The notes below the pieces were generated by a model. That model had not been told where the DNA came from. It did no database searches and saw only the letters and a program-made list of their open reading frames with translations. Position numbers and translations under genes: made by a program. Shown here one piece after another: positions 22,022 through 33,969 of a stretch of DNA of 64,000 nucleotides. The stretch's first letter is position 1, and each line of letters starts with the position of its first letter. The DNA comes from Escherichia coli (GTDB lineage Bacteria > Pseudomonadota > Gammaproteobacteria > Enterobacterales > Enterobacteriaceae): the NCBI RefSeq assembly GCF_002854065.1, contig NZ_CP024147.1; one strand, 5' to 3'.

Positions 22022-23170
22022 ATGAAAGCATTACATTTTGGCGCAGGTAATATCGGTCGTGGCTTTATCGGTAAACTGCTGGCAGACGCGGGTATACAAC
22101 TGACGTTTGCCGATGTCAATCAGGTGGTACTTGATGCCCTGAATGCCCGTCATAGCTATCAGGTTCATGTGGTAGGTGAAACCGAGCAGGTAGATACCGT
22201 TTCCGGCGTCAATGCTGTCAGCAGCATTGGTGATGATGTCGTTGATCTCATTGCTCAGGTTGATTTAGTCACTACCGCCGTTGGCCCGGTAGTGCTGGAA
22301 CGTATTGCTCCGGCTATCGCCAAAGGGCTGGTGAAACGTAAAGAACAAGGTAATGAATCTCCGCTGAACATCATCGCTTGTGAAAACATGGTCCGCGGCA
22401 CCACGCAACTGAAAGGCCATGTGATGAACGCCCTGCCGGAAGACGCCAAAGCGTGGGTAGAAGAACACGTTGGCTTTGTCGATTCCGCCGTTGACCGCAT
22501 CGTACCGCCTTCGGCTTCGGCAACTAACGATCCGCTGGAAGTGACGGTAGAAACCTTCAGCGAATGGATTGTCGATAAAACTCAGTTCAAAGGCGCACTG
22601 CCGAACATCCCAGGCATGGAGTTAACCGACAACCTGATGGCATTTGTCGAACGTAAACTCTTCACCCTGAACACGGGTCATGCTATAACCGCGTACCTCG
22701 GAAAACTGGCCGGTCATCAGACCATTCGTGACGCTATTCTCGACGAGAAAATCCGCGCGGTGGTAAAAGGTGCGATGGAAGAAAGTGGCGCGGTACTGAT
22801 CAAGCGTTACGGCTTTGACGCTGACAAGCATGCGGCGTACATCCAGAAAATCCTCGGTCGTTTTGAGAACCCGTATCTGAAAGATGATGTAGAGCGCGTA
22901 GGCCGTCAGCCGCTGCGTAAACTGAGCGCAGGCGACCGTCTGATCAAGCCACTGCTCGGTACGCTGGAATACGGCCTCCCGTACAAAAATCTGATTCAGG
23001 GAATTGCCGCTGCAATGCACTTCCGCAGTGAAGATGATCCACAGGCTCAGGAACTGGCAGCACTGATCGCCGACAAAGGTCCGCAGGCGTCGCTGGCACA
23101 GATTTCCGGGCTTGATGCCAACAGCGAGGTTGTATCTGAGGCGGTAACCGCTTATAAAGCAATGCAATAA
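22022..23170 (+). CDS. mtlD: mannitol-1-phosphate 5-dehydrogenase
   Basis: Start set at ATG 22022 ([20 protein letters not shown]-binding motif), giving 382 aa; the track ORF over-extends upstream through the palindromes. Confidence 0.95.
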   Translation: MKALHFGAGNIGRGFIGKLLADAGIQLTFADVNQVVLDALNARHSYQVHVVGETEQVDTVSGVNAVSSIGDDVVDLIAQVDLVTTAVGPVVLERIAPAIAKGLVKRKEQGNESPLNIIACENMVRGTTQLKGHVMNALPEDAKAWVEEHVGFVDSAVDRIVPPSASATNDPLEVTVETFSEWIVDKTQFKGALPNIPGMELTDNLMAFVERKLFTLNTGHAITAYLGKLAGHQTIRDAILDEKIRAVVKGAMEESGAVLIKRYGFDADKHAAYIQKILGRFENPYLKDDVERVGRQPLRKLSAGDRLIKPLLGTLEYGLPYKNLIQGIAAAMHFRSEDDPQAQELAALIADKGPQASLAQISGLDANSEVVSEAVTAYKAMQ

Positions 23171-23757
23171 TGGTGGACCAGGCGCAGGACACCCTGCGCC
23201 CGAATAACAGATTGTCAGATATGCAGGCAACAATGGAACAAACCCAGGCCTTTGAAAACCGTGTGCTTGAGCGTCTGAATGCTGGCAAAACCGTGCGAAG
23301 CTTTCTGATCACCGCCGTCGAGCTCCTGACCGAGGCGGTAAATCTTCTGGTGCTTCAGGTATTCCGCAAAGACGATTACGCGGTGAAATATGCTGTAGAA
23401 CCGTTACTCGACGGCGATGGTCCGCTGGGCGATCTTTCTGTGCGTTTAAAACTCATTTACGGGTTGGGCGTCATTAACCGCCTGGAATACGAAGATGCGG
23501 AGCTGCTGATGGCATTGCGTGAAGAACTAAATCACGACGGCAACGAGTACGCCTTTACCGACGACGAGATCCTTGGACCCTTTGGTGAACTGCACTGCGT
23601 GGCGGCGTTACCACCGCCGCCACAGTTTGAACCAGCAGACTCCAGTTTGTATGCAATGCAAATTCAGCGCTATCAACAGGCTGTGCGATCAACAATGGTC
23701 CTTTCACTGACAGAGCTGATTTCCAAAATCAGCTTAAAAAAAGCCTTTCAAAAGTAA
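23170..23757 (+). CDS. mtlR: mannitol operon repressor
   Basis: 195-aa ORF immediately after mtlD (start overlaps mtlD stop). Confidence 0.9.
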   Translation: MVDQAQDTLRPNNRLSDMQATMEQTQAFENRVLERLNAGKTVRSFLITAVELLTEAVNLLVLQVFRKDDYAVKYAVEPLLDGDGPLGDLSVRLKLIYGLGVINRLEYEDAELLMALREELNHDGNEYAFTDDEILGPFGELHCVAALPPPPQFEPADSSLYAMQIQRYQQAVRSTMVLSLTELISKISLKKAFQK

Positions 23758-23768
23758 GCAACGTCTGC

Positions 23769-23978
23769 TTACTGCCCCTCTACCTGCTTCGGCCGATAAA
23801 GCCGACGATAATACTCCAGACGTTGTAGATATAACGGCACGCTTTCATCGGGTATTCCGGACGGAATCGCGTTACGGGGAGGAAGTTTTTTCAGATACTC
23901 CCGGAACGCCTGACTTGATGCCATGAAATCTACGGCTTTATCGATAAGAAGCGGAACGTTTTCACCTAATTTGCCCAT
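23769..23978 (-). CDS. yibT: small protein YibT
   Basis: 69-aa [34 protein letters not shown]... Confidence 0.75.
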
Positions 23979-24262
23979 GATGATATCTCCGTATTACCCC
24001 GCGCCGGGAATGCGCGGCCGCCAATTTTAGTTTAGGTTCCCGGTAAAGATGACATTAAGGAAAACGTGCTGAATCCTCAATAATCATCCGCTTCTGTTTA
24101 TTATCTTTTTTCTATAGATTTCTTAATTAATCAATAAATTGCGTAGTTTTTAAGCATATTAATGATTACGTTGCAGAACTATTGCAATGTCATCAGTTGT
24201 GAACAAAGCACCTGGTCGCGCATACTAGGGGCTATAAATTTATCTTTATCAGAAGCCATCAC

Positions 24263-24625
24263 ATGAAAGAAGTCGAAAAAAACGAAATCAAACGTCTCAG
24301 CGATCGTCTGGACGCCATCCGCCACCAGCAGGCCGATCTGTCGCTGGTTGAAGCCGCAGACAAATATGCCGAGCTGGAAAAAGAGAAAGCCACGCTGGAA
24401 GCAGAAATTGCCCGCCTGCGTGAAGTTCACAGCCAGAAACTGAGTAAAGAAGCACAGAAGCTGATGAAGATGCCGTTTCAGCGCGCAATTACCAAAAAAG
24501 AGCAGGCTGATATGGGCAAGCTGAAGAAAAGTGTTCGCGGACTGGTGGTTGTTCACCCAATGACCGCGCTGGGCCGCGAAATGGGCCTGGAAGAGATGAC
24601 CGGCTTCTCAAAGACCGCGTTTTAA
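24263..24625 (+). CDS. yibL: conserved protein YibL
   Basis: 120-aa [45 protein letters not shown]... Confidence 0.85.
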   Translation: MKEVEKNEIKRLSDRLDAIRHQQADLSLVEAADKYAELEKEKATLEAEIARLREVHSQKLSKEAQKLMKMPFQRAITKKEQADMGKLKKSVRGLVVVHPMTALGREMGLEEMTGFSKTAF

Positions 24626-25170
24626 GTCCCCTACTGGTCAATACAACTAAAGTTTCCTCATTTTTATTCGCTCCTGCTGGCACATGCAGGAGCATATTTC
24701 AGATATCGAAATCTATTAACATTATCTTTTCAATTCTTCCCACTCACCTGAATAATTTTAGCAGGTTAAAATCTGAAAATATGTTACGCAATAAAAGTTA
24801 ATATATAATTTACAGCTATAAATATCAGCATAAACATGCTTATATCATAACTATTTATTTATATTTTCCAACTCAAACCGTCCTTGTCATCATAAAACAT
24901 TCACCATATAAATATTATCCTTTGCCTTTTTCTCACCTTATCCCTTTAAAAATTTGACATCGATTGACACCAATCATTAGAATCCGCGCGATTAATATAA
25001 TAATCGGCAACAAACTAAAATATTTCCGCATTGAATAACACATTCACAGTAACGACCAATTAAAAATATTATAAATTTTCACCGTGAATTTATTTAGCTT
25101 AATCATTCATAAAACAAATGATTGTAAAGTAATTTTCAACGCATCAGGATTATGAAAAGGAATTCATCCT

Positions 25171-25854
25171 ATGAATCTAAAAAAGACACTATTAAGCGTG
25201 TTAATGATATCGCCACTCTGCATATTGACAGGGTGTGACTATATTGGAAAAGCAAAACTAATCGACGATCTCTCCAAACAACAAGAGTTGCAAAAAGGTA
25301 AAATAGAGCAACTTGAAAAACAACAAGAACAAGATAAACGCAAGATAGAACTATTTGAAAAACAGCAAACTGCCATCATAAATAGTACCAAAACGCTTGC
25401 TAGTGTGGTGAAGGCGGTTAAAGAAAAGCAGGATGAATTTGTCTTCACAGAATTTAACCCAGCACAAACACAATACTTCATTTTAAATAACGGCTCTGTC
25501 GGTTTGGCGGGTCGGGTGCTGGCTATTGATGCAGTTGAAAACGGCAGCGTTATTCGTATTTCGCTGGTCAACCTATTAAGCGTTCCCGTATCAAATATTG
25601 GTTTTCATGCTACATGGGGCAATGAAAGGCCCACCGATGCCAAAGCTCTGGCGAAGTGGCAACAATTACTTTTCAATACCACCCTGAATTCCACTCTGCA
25701 ATTAATGCCTGGTCAATGGCAAGACATTAATCTGACATTAAAAGGCGTTTCGCCTAATAACCTGAAGTATCTGAAGTTGTCCATCAATATGGACAATCTC
25801 CAGTTCGACACAGTTCAACCTGCTGAAACTCGGCAGCGAAAAAACAAAAAATAA
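25171..25854 (+). CDS. SadB-like inner-membrane lipoprotein (putative trimeric-autotransporter biogenesis helper)
   Basis: 227-aa ORF; signal peptide with lipobox LTGC and Asp at +2 (CD, inner-membrane retention signal); heptad-like coiled coil (QQELQKGKIEQLEKQQEQDKRKIELFEKQQ); AAGGA 8 nt before the ATG; 43 bp upstream of the adhesin gene. Confidence 0.75.
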   Translation: MNLKKTLLSVLMISPLCILTGCDYIGKAKLIDDLSKQQELQKGKIEQLEKQQEQDKRKIELFEKQQTAIINSTKTLASVVKAVKEKQDEFVFTEFNPAQTQYFILNNGSVGLAGRVLAIDAVENGSVIRISLVNLLSVPVSNIGFHATWGNERPTDAKALAKWQQLLFNTTLNSTLQLMPGQWQDINLTLKGVSPNNLKYLKLSINMDNLQFDTVQPAETRQRKNKK

Positions 25855-25897
25855 ATGCAGCTTCTGCGCTTATATCAAGGAATAGAGAACATCAATA

Positions 25898-28800
25898 ATG
25901 AACAAAATATTTAAAGTAATCTGGAATCCGGCGACGGGCAGTTATAGCGTTGCCAGCGAAACGGCGAAGAGCCGTGGTAAGAAATCTGGTCGCAGTAAGC
26001 TGTTAATTTCTGCACTGGTTGCGGGTGGAATGTTGTCGTCGTTTGGGGCAAATGCCAGTGCGACACTTGATGGAGGTTCATCTATTGAAGACCCATCAAT
26101 GGGTACTCGCTGGCTTGCAATCGGTGAGGGCGCAAAAGCAACATCCGCGTTACAAGGTGATGGATATACCGTTGCGATAGGGCTTAATGCACTAGCAGAT
26201 GGTCAGGGTAGTCTTGCATTCGGCTACGATACCCACTCATCGGGTGATCGTTCTATCTCTATTGGCCAATATGCTGAATCCGCAGGAAACAGAACCATTG
26301 CTTTCGGTAGTGGGTCCAAGGCAATAGGAGACTATTCGCTTGCATTAGGAGGAACTACCTATACAGGTGGTGACTACTCCATTGCAGTGGGTAGGGATTC
26401 GAGGGTAGAAGACGATGCTGATTACGCCTCCTCTTTTGGTTACGGCGCCAAGGCAGGCGGGGTCTATAGCATGGCATTCGGTTTCGAAACTAAAGCTAAT
26501 GCCGTTGACAGCCTGGCAATGGGACGACTAGCTACAGCCAGTGCAGCAAACGCTATTGCGATAGGTGCAGAGGCTGAAGCCGCTGAAAATGCGATGGCTA
26601 TTGGCAATAATGCGAAGGCAAAAGGGACTAATAGCATGGCAATGGGGTTCGGAAGCCACGCCGATAAAGTCAATACTATCGCATTAGGAAATGGCAGCCA
26701 GGCTCTGGCAGATAATGCAATCGCCATAGGCCAGGGCAACAAAGCTGATGGCGTGGATGCCATCGCTCTGGGTAATGGTAGCCAGTCGAGAGGCTTAAAC
26801 ACCATTGCCTTAGGCACAGCCAGTAATGCAACTGGTGATAAGAGTCTTGCGCTTGGTAGTGATACCACTGCCAACGGTATTAACTCCGTCGCATTGGGTG
26901 CAGGTTCCACTGCGGATTTAGACAATACCGTCTCTGTCGACAATAGTTCATTAAAACGCAAGATCGTTAATGTGAAAAATGGCGCGATCAAGTCTGACAG
27001 TTACGATGCCATTAATGGTTCACAGCTTTATGCCATTAGCGACTCGGTAGCACAAAGGCTTGGGGGAGGATCATCAGTAGATGTTGATGACGGTACTGTT
27101 ACAGCACCAACCTACAATTTAAAAAATGGTAGCAAAAAGAACGTAGGGGCTGCGCTCACTGTACTTGATGAAAACACCCTGCAATGGGACCAAATCAAAG
27201 GCAAATACAGCGCTGCTCATGGTACTAGTAGCCCAACTGCCAGCGTAATCACCGATGTTGCGGATGGCACGATTTCAGCCTCCAGTAAGGAGGCGGTTAA
27301 CGGCTCCCAACTGCAAGCTACCAATGACGATGTTGAGGCCAACACCACCAATATCACCAACCTGACGGATTCCGTTGGTGACCTTCAGGCTGATGCCCTG
27401 CTCTGGAACGAAACTAAAAAGGCATTCAGTGCAGCTCACGGCCAGGATACCACCAGCAAAATCACCAACGTTAAAGATGGCGACCTGACGGCTGGCAGCA
27501 CTGATGCCGTTAACGGCTCTCAGCTGAAAACCACCAACGATGCTGTGGCGACGAATACCACCAATATCGCCAATAACACTTCCAATATTGCCACTAACAC
27601 CACCAACATCTCTAACCTGACTGAGACGGTGACTAACCTTGGTGAAGATGCGCTGAAATGGGATAAGGACAATTGTGTCTTCACGGCAGCTCATGGCACC
27701 GATGCCACCAGCAAAATCACCAATGTTAAAGATGGCGACCTGACGGCTGGCAGCACTGATGCCGTTAACGGCTCTCAGCTGAAAACTACCAACGATGCTG
27801 TGGCGACGAATACCACCAATATCGCCAATAACACTTCCAATATTGCCACTAACTCCACCAACATCTCTAACCTGACTGAGACGGTGACTAATCTTGGTGA
27901 GGATGCTCTGAAATGGGATAAGGACAATGGTGTCTTCACGGCAGCTCACGGCACCGAGGCCACCAGCAAAATCACCAACGTTAAAGATGCCGACCTGACG
28001 GCTGACAGCACCGATGCCGTTAACGGCTCTCAGCTGAAAACCACCAACGATGCCGTGGCGACGAATACCACCAATATCGCCACTAACACTTCCAATATTG
28101 CCACTAACACCACCAACATCTCTAACCTGACTGAGACGGTGACTAACCTTGGTGAAGATGCGCTGAAATGGGATAAGGACAATGGTGTATTCACGGCAGC
28201 TCACGGCACAGAAGCCACCAGCAAAATCACCAACGTTAAAGATGCCGACCTGACGGCTGGCAGCACTGATGCCGTTAACGGCTCCCAGCTGAAAACCACC
28301 AACGATGCTGTGGCGACGAATACCACCAATATTGCCACTAACACCACCAACATCTCTAACCTGACTGAGACGGTGACTAATCTTGGTGAGGATGCGCTGA
28401 AATGGGATAAGGACAATGGTGTATTCACGGCAGCTCATGGCAACAACACCGCCAGCAAAATCACCAATATCCTGGACGGCACAGTCACTGCAACCAGTTC
28501 CGATGCCATTAACGGCAGCCAGCTTTATGACTTAAGCAGCAATATCGCCACCTACTTCGGCGGCAATGCTTCTGTGAATACTGACGGTGTGTTTACCGGT
28601 CCAACCTACAAAATCGGTGAAACAAATTATTATAACGTCGGCGATGCACTGGCTGCGATTAACTCCTCATTTAGCACGTCTCTCGGCGATGCCCTGCTTT
28701 GGGACGCTTCCGTAGATAAATTTAGTGCCAAACACGGTACTAATGGTGACGCAAGCGTGATCACTGATGTCGCAAACGGGGATGTTTCAAGCACAAGCTC

Positions 28801-31111
28801 TGATGCTGTGAACGGCTCGCAACTCTATACCACCAATAAGTACGTCGTAGATGCGCTGGGTGGTGGTGCCGAAGTCAATGCAGACGGCACCATCACTGCG
28901 CCGACGTACACCATTGCTAATGCTGATTACGATAACGTCGGTGATGCCCTGAACGCCATCGACACCACTCTCGATGATGCTCTGCTCTGGGATACGGACG
29001 CCGGTGAAAATGGTGCATTTAGCGCCGCTCACGGAAAAGATAAAACTGCCAGTGTAATCACTAACGTCGCAAACGGTGCAATTTCCTCCACCAGCAGCGA
29101 TGCTGTTAACGGCTCACAACTCTATACTACCAATCAGTACATAGTCGATGCGCTGGGTGGTGACGCAGAAGTTAACGCTGACGGCACCATCACCGCACCG
29201 ACTTACACCATTGCGAATACCGATTACAACAACGTCGGTGACGCCCTGGATGCGCTTGATGATAACGCCCTGCTGTGGGATGAGACTGCCAATGGCGGTG
29301 CAGGAGCCTACAATGCCAGCCATGACGGTAAAGCCAGCATCATCACTAATGTCGCTGATGGCAGTATTAGTGAGGACAGCACCGATGCAGTGAACGGTTC
29401 TCAGTTGAATGCGACGAATATGATGATTGAGCAGAACAGCCAAATCATCAATCAGCTTGCTGGTAATACCGACGCAACCTATATCGAAGAAAATGGCGCT
29501 GGTATCAACTACGTTCGTACTAACGACAACGGTTTAGCCTTTAACGATGCAAGCGCCTCTGGTGTCGGCGCTACAGCTGTAGGTTATAACGCTGTCGCGT
29601 CTGGTGCCAGCAGCGTAGCCATTGGTCAGAACAGCAGCAGCACCGTTGATACCGGTATTGCGCTGGGTAGCAGCTCCGTTTCCAGCCGTGTAATTGCCAA
29701 AGGTTCTCGTGACACTAGCGTAACGGAAAATGGCGTGGTGATTGGTTATGACACCACTGACGGCGAACTGCTAGGTGCATTGTCAATTGGTGATGACGGT
29801 AAATACCGCCAAATCATCAACGTAGCTGATGGTTCAGAAGCCCATGACGCCGTTACGGTTCGTCAGTTGCAGAACGCTATTGGAGCGGTCGCCACTACGC
29901 CAACCAAGTACTTTCACGCCAACTCAACGGCAGAAGACTCACTGGCCGTTGGTGAAGACTCGCTGGCAATGGGTGCGAAAACTGTCGTTAATGGTAATGC
30001 AGGTATTGGTATCGGTTTGAACACTCTGGTTCTGGCTGATGCGATCAACGGCATTGCTATCGGCAGTAACGCACGCGCAAACCATGCAAACAGTATTGCA
30101 ATGGGTAACGGTTCTCAGACCACCCGTGGTGCACAGACTGGCTACACCGCCTACAACATGGACGCACCGCAGAACTCTGTAGGTGAGTTTTCTGTTGGTA
30201 GTGAAGACGGTCAACGTCAGATCACCAACGTCGCAGCTGGTTCAGCGGATACCGATGCGGTTAACGTGGGTCAGTTGAAAGTCACTGATGAGCGCGTAGC
30301 GCAAAATACCCAGAGCATTACTAACCTGAACAATCAGGTCACTAATCTGGATACTCGCGTTACTAATATCGAAAACGGTATTGGCGATATCGTGACCACC
30401 GGTAGCACCAAGTACTTCAAGACCAACACCGATGGCGTAGATGCCAACGCCCAGGGTAAAGATAGCGTTGCGATTGGTTCTGGTTCCATTGCTGCCGCTG
30501 ACAACAGCGTCGCACTGGGTACAGGCTCCGTGGCCAACGAAGAAAACACGATCTCTGTGGGTTCTTCTACCAACCAGCGCCGTATCACCAACGTAGCTGC
30601 CGGTGTTAATGCCACCGATGCGGTTAACGTGTCGCAGCTGAAATCTTCTGAAGCAGGCGGCGTTCGCTACGACACCAAAGCTGATGGCTCTATCGACTAC
30701 AGCAACATCACTCTTGGTGGTGGCAACGGAGGTACGACTCGCATCAGCAACGTTTCCGCAGGTGTGAACAACAACGACGCGGTGAACTACGCGCAGTTGA
30801 AGCAAAGCGTGCAGGAAACAAAGCAATACACCGATCAGCGCATGGTTGAGATGGATAACAAACTGTCTAAAACTGAAAGCAAGTTGAGCGGGGGTATCGC
30901 TTCTGCAATGGCAATGACCGGTCTGCCGCAGGCTTACACTCCAGGTGCCAGCATGGCTTCTATTGGTGGCGGTACTTACAACGGTGAATCGGCAGTTGCT
31001 TTAGGTGTATCGATGGTGAGCGCCAATGGTCGTTGGGTCTACAAATTACAAGGTAGTACCAATAGCCAGGGTGAATACTCCGCCGCACTCGGTGCCGGTA
31101 TTCAGTGGTAA
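25898..31111 (+). CDS. upaG: trimeric autotransporter adhesin (YadA-like; UpaG/EhaG/SadA family)
   Basis: 1737-aa ORF; extended signal peptide [27 protein letters not shown]...; repetitive head/neck/stalk motifs; C-terminal YadA-type anchor (...[15 protein letters not shown]...[38 protein letters not shown]). Position between yibL and lldP fits what I recall for upaG/ehaG/sadA. Confidence 0.85.
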   Translation: MNKIFKVIWNPATGSYSVASETAKSRGKKSGRSKLLISALVAGGMLSSFGANASATLDGGSSIEDPSMGTRWLAIGEGAKATSALQGDGYTVAIGLNALADGQGSLAFGYDTHSSGDRSISIGQYAESAGNRTIAFGSGSKAIGDYSLALGGTTYTGGDYSIAVGRDSRVEDDADYASSFGYGAKAGGVYSMAFGFETKANAVDSLAMGRLATASAANAIAIGAEAEAAENAMAIGNNAKAKGTNSMAMGFGSHADKVNTIALGNGSQALADNAIAIGQGNKADGVDAIALGNGSQSRGLNTIALGTASNATGDKSLALGSDTTANGINSVALGAGSTADLDNTVSVDNSSLKRKIVNVKNGAIKSDSYDAINGSQLYAISDSVAQRLGGGSSVDVDDGTVTAPTYNLKNGSKKNVGAALTVLDENTLQWDQIKGKYSAAHGTSSPTASVITDVADGTISASSKEAVNGSQLQATNDDVEANTTNITNLTDSVGDLQADALLWNETKKAFSAAHGQDTTSKITNVKDGDLTAGSTDAVNGSQLKTTNDAVATNTTNIANNTSNIATNTTNISNLTETVTNLGEDALKWDKDNCVFTAAHGTDATSKITNVKDGDLTAGSTDAVNGSQLKTTNDAVATNTTNIANNTSNIATNSTNISNLTETVTNLGEDALKWDKDNGVFTAAHGTEATSKITNVKDADLTADSTDAVNGSQLKTTNDAVATNTTNIATNTSNIATNTTNISNLTETVTNLGEDALKWDKDNGVFTAAHGTEATSKITNVKDADLTAGSTDAVNGSQLKTTNDAVATNTTNIATNTTNISNLTETVTNLGEDALKWDKDNGVFTAAHGNNTASKITNILDGTVTATSSDAINGSQLYDLSSNIATYFGGNASVNTDGVFTGPTYKIGETNYYNVGDALAAINSSFSTSLGDALLWDASVDKFSAKHGTNGDASVITDVANGDVSSTSSDAVNGSQLYTTNKYVVDALGGGAEVNADGTITAPTYTIANADYDNVGDALNAIDTTLDDALLWDTDAGENGAFSAAHGKDKTASVITNVANGAISSTSSDAVNGSQLYTTNQYIVDALGGDAEVNADGTITAPTYTIANTDYNNVGDALDALDDNALLWDETANGGAGAYNASHDGKASIITNVADGSISEDSTDAVNGSQLNATNMMIEQNSQIINQLAGNTDATYIEENGAGINYVRTNDNGLAFNDASASGVGATAVGYNAVASGASSVAIGQNSSSTVDTGIALGSSSVSSRVIAKGSRDTSVTENGVVIGYDTTDGELLGALSIGDDGKYRQIINVADGSEAHDAVTVRQLQNAIGAVATTPTKYFHANSTAEDSLAVGEDSLAMGAKTVVNGNAGIGIGLNTLVLADAINGIAIGSNARANHANSIAMGNGSQTTRGAQTGYTAYNMDAPQNSVGEFSVGSEDGQRQITNVAAGSADTDAVNVGQLKVTDERVAQNTQSITNLNNQVTNLDTRVTNIENGIGDIVTTGSTKYFKTNTDGVDANAQGKDSVAIGSGSIAAADNSVALGTGSVANEENTISVGSSTNQRRITNVAAGVNATDAVNVSQLKSSEAGGVRYDTKADGSIDYSNITLGGGNGGTTRISNVSAGVNNNDAVNYAQLKQSVQETKQYTDQRMVEMDNKLSKTESKLSGGIASAMAMTGLPQAYTPGASMASIGGGTYNGESAVALGVSMVSANGRWVYKLQGSTNSQGEYSAALGAGIQW
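27392..28390 (+). repeat. in-frame tandem repeats inside the adhesin gene (255-bp / 85-aa unit)
   Basis: Units start at 27392, 27647, 27902 and 28157 (the last 21 bp shorter); a degenerate fifth starts at 28391. Units are more than 95% identical by eye ([29 protein letters not shown]...TNLGE). Confidence 0.85.
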
Positions 31112-31152
31112 TGATCCATTAAGTTAGTGTGACTAAGGGCAAACGCCAAATT

Positions 31153-31235
31153 GCCTGATGCGCTACGCTTATCAGGCCTACAGGGTGATTCTGCACATTC
31201 CTATAGGCCGAGTAAGGTGTTCACGCCGCATCTGG
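31153..31235. repeat. REP/BIME extragenic palindromes
   Basis: gcctgatgcgctacgcttatcaggcctac ... ggccgagtaaggtgttcacgccgcatctggc just after the adhesin stop. Confidence 0.7.
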
Positions 31236-31264
31236 CAAGATAAGGCGCACCGGGTCAACAATCT

Positions 31265-31300
31265 AAGGGCAATTCTCTGATGAGGATTGCCCTTTTCTTT
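31265..31300 (+). terminator. rho-independent terminator after the adhesin operon
   Basis: aagggcaat-tctctgatgagg-attgccctt followed by ttctttacc. Confidence 0.6.
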
Positions 31301-31537
31301 ACCAGACATCTCCCCCCACAAGAATTGGCCCTACCAATTCTTCGCTTATCTGACCTCTGGTTCACAATTCCCCAATTAAAACTCACATCAATGTTGCCAA
31401 TACATAACATTTAGTTAACCATTCATTGTCATTATCCCTACACAACACAATTGGCAGTGCCACTTTTACACAACGTGTGACAAGGAGATGAGCAACAGAC
31501 TCATTACACGATGTGCGTGGACTCCAGGAGACCTGCA

Positions 31538-33193
31538 ATGAATCTCTGGCAACAAAACTACGATCCCGCCGGGAATATCTGGCTTTCCAGCCTGATAGCA
31601 TCGCTTCCCATCCTGTTTTTCTTCTTTGCGCTGATTAAGCTCAAACTGAAAGGATACATCGCCGCCTCATGGACAGTGGCAATCGCCCTTGCCGTGGCTT
31701 TGCTGTTCTATAAAATGCCGGTCGCTAACGCGCTGGCCTCGGTGATTTATGGCTTCTTCTACGGGTTGTGGCCCATCGCGTGGATCATTATTGCAGCGGT
31801 GTTCGTCTATAAGATCTCGGTGAAAACCGGGCAGTTTGACATCATTCGCTCGTCTATTCTTTCGATAACCCCTGACCAGCGTCTGCAAATGCTGATCGTC
31901 GGTTTCTGTTTCGGCGCGTTCCTCGAAGGAGCTGCAGGCTTTGGCGCACCGGTAGCAATTACCGCCGCATTGCTGGTCGGTCTGGGCTTTAAACCACTGT
32001 ACGCCGCCGGGCTGTGCCTGATTGTTAACACCGCGCCAGTGGCATTTGGCGCGATGGGCATTCCAATCCTGGTTGCCGGACAGGTAACAGGTATCGACAG
32101 CTTTGAGATTGGCCAGATGGTGGGGCGGCAGCTACCGTTTATGACCATTATCGTGCTGTTCTGGATCATGGCGATTATGGACGGCTGGCGCGGTATCAAA
32201 GAGACGTGGCCTGCGGTCGTGGTTGCGGGCGGCTCGTTTGCCATCGCTCAGTACCTTAGCTCTAACTTCATTGGGCCGGAGCTGCCGGATATTATCTCTT
32301 CGCTGGTATCACTGCTCTGCCTGACGCTGTTCCTCAAACGCTGGCAGCCAGTGCGCGTATTCCGTTTTGGTGATTTGGGGGCGTCACAGGTTGATATGAC
32401 GCTGGCCCACACCGGTTACACTGCGGGTCAGGTGTTACGTGCCTGGACACCGTTCCTGTTCCTGACCGCTACCGTAACACTGTGGAGTATCCCGCCGTTT
32501 AAAGCCCTGTTCGCATCGGGTGGCGCGCTGTATGAGTGGGTGATCAATATTCCGGTGCCGTACCTCGATAAACTGGTTGCCCGTATGCCGCCAGTAGTCA
32601 GCGAGGCTACAGCCTATGCCGCCGTGTTTAAGTTCGACTGGTTCTCTGCCACCGGTACCGCCATTCTGTTTGCTGCGTTGCTCTCGGTTGTCTGGCTGAA
32701 GATGAAACCGTCTGACGCTATCAGCACCTTCGGCAGCACGCTGAAAGAACTGGCTCTGCCCATCTACTCCATCGGTATGGTGCTGGCATTCGCCTTTATT
32801 TCGAACTATTCCGGACTGTCATCAACACTGGCGCTGGCACTGGCGCACACCGGTCATGCATTCACCTTCTTCTCGCCGTTCCTCGGCTGGCTGGGGGTAT
32901 TCCTGACCGGGTCGGATACCTCATCTAACGCCCTGTTCGCCGCGCTGCAAGCCACCGCAGCACAACAAATTGGCGTCTCTGATCTGTTGCTGGTTGCCGC
33001 CAATACCACCGGTGGCGTCACCGGTAAGATGATCTCCCCGCAATCTATCGCTATCGCCTGTGCGGCGGTAGGCCTGGTGGGCAAAGAGTCTGATTTGTTC
33101 CGCTTTACTGTCAAACACAGCCTGATCTTCACCTGTATGGTGGGCGTGATCACCACGCTTCAGGCCTATGTCTTAACGTGGATGATTCCTTAA
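31538..33193 (+). CDS. lldP: L-lactate permease
   Basis: Start set at ATG 31538 ([19 protein letters not shown]...), giving 551 aa; polytopic membrane protein. Confidence 0.95.
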   Translation: MNLWQQNYDPAGNIWLSSLIASLPILFFFFALIKLKLKGYIAASWTVAIALAVALLFYKMPVANALASVIYGFFYGLWPIAWIIIAAVFVYKISVKTGQFDIIRSSILSITPDQRLQMLIVGFCFGAFLEGAAGFGAPVAITAALLVGLGFKPLYAAGLCLIVNTAPVAFGAMGIPILVAGQVTGIDSFEIGQMVGRQLPFMTIIVLFWIMAIMDGWRGIKETWPAVVVAGGSFAIAQYLSSNFIGPELPDIISSLVSLLCLTLFLKRWQPVRVFRFGDLGASQVDMTLAHTGYTAGQVLRAWTPFLFLTATVTLWSIPPFKALFASGGALYEWVINIPVPYLDKLVARMPPVVSEATAYAAVFKFDWFSATGTAILFAALLSVVWLKMKPSDAISTFGSTLKELALPIYSIGMVLAFAFISNYSGLSSTLALALAHTGHAFTFFSPFLGWLGVFLTGSDTSSNALFAALQATAAQQIGVSDLLLVAANTTGGVTGKMISPQSIAIACAAVGLVGKESDLFRFTVKHSLIFTCMVGVITTLQAYVLTWMIP

Positions 33194-33969
33194 TGATTGT
33201 TTTACCCAGACGCCTGTCAGACGAGGTTGCCGATCGTGTGCGGGCGCTGATTGATGAAAAAAACCTGGAAGCGGGCATGAAGTTGCCCGCTGAGCGCCAA
33301 CTGGCGATGCAACTCGGCGTATCACGTAATTCACTGCGCGAGGCACTGGCAAAACTGGTGAGCGAAGGCGTGCTGCTCAGTCGACGCGGCGGCGGGACGT
33401 TTATTCGCTGGCGTCATGACACATGGTCGGAGCAAAACATCGTCCAGCCGCTAAAAACGCTGATGGCCGATGATCCGGATTACAGTTTCGATATTCTGGA
33501 AGCCCGCTACGCCATTGAAGCCAGCACCGCATGGCATGCGGCAATGCGCGCCACACCTGGCGACAAAGAAAAGATTCAGCTTTGCTTTGAAGCAACGCTC
33601 AGCGAAGACCCGGATATCGCCTCACAAGCGGACGTTCGTTTTCATCTGGCGATTGCCGAAGCCTCACATAACATCGTGCTGCTGCAAACCATGCGCGGTT
33701 TCTTCGATGTCCTGCAATCCTCAGTGAAGCATAGCCGTCAGCGGATGTATCTGGTGCCACCGGTTTTTTCACAACTGACCGAACAACATCAGGCTGTCAT
33801 TGACGCCATTTTTGCTGGTGATGCCGACGGGGCGCGTAAAGCAATGATGGCGCACCTTAGTTTTGTTCACACCACCATGAAACGATTCGATGAAGATCAG
33901 GCTCGCCACGCACGGATTACCCGCCTGCCCGGTGAGCATAATGAGCATTCGAGGGAGAAAAACGCATGA
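33193..33969 (+). CDS. lldR: GntR-family L-lactate operon regulator
   Basis: Start set at ATG 33193 ([23 protein letters not shown]...), giving 258 aa; GntR/FadR-type HTH. Confidence 0.9.

Noticed and set aside
24671-24692. Hairpin gctcctgc-tggcacat-gcaggagc after yibL as a rho-independent terminator
   Set aside because: Perfect 8-bp stem, but the T-tract precedes rather than follows it on the yibL strand and no U-tract follows on the other strand; terminator function is uncertain, so not listed as a feature.
27392-28390. Possible CRISPR array suggested by regular near-identical repeats
   Set aside because: The repeats are 255 bp, contiguous without spacers and in frame within a protein-coding gene; they are coding tandem repeats, not a CRISPR array.
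27275-28438. 387-aa minus-strand ORF inside the adhesin repeat region
   Set aside because: Antisense to the far longer adhesin frame; low-complexity, stop-free translation of the repeat units (repeating VSGNIG, DVGGVSG). Artefact of repetitive sequence.
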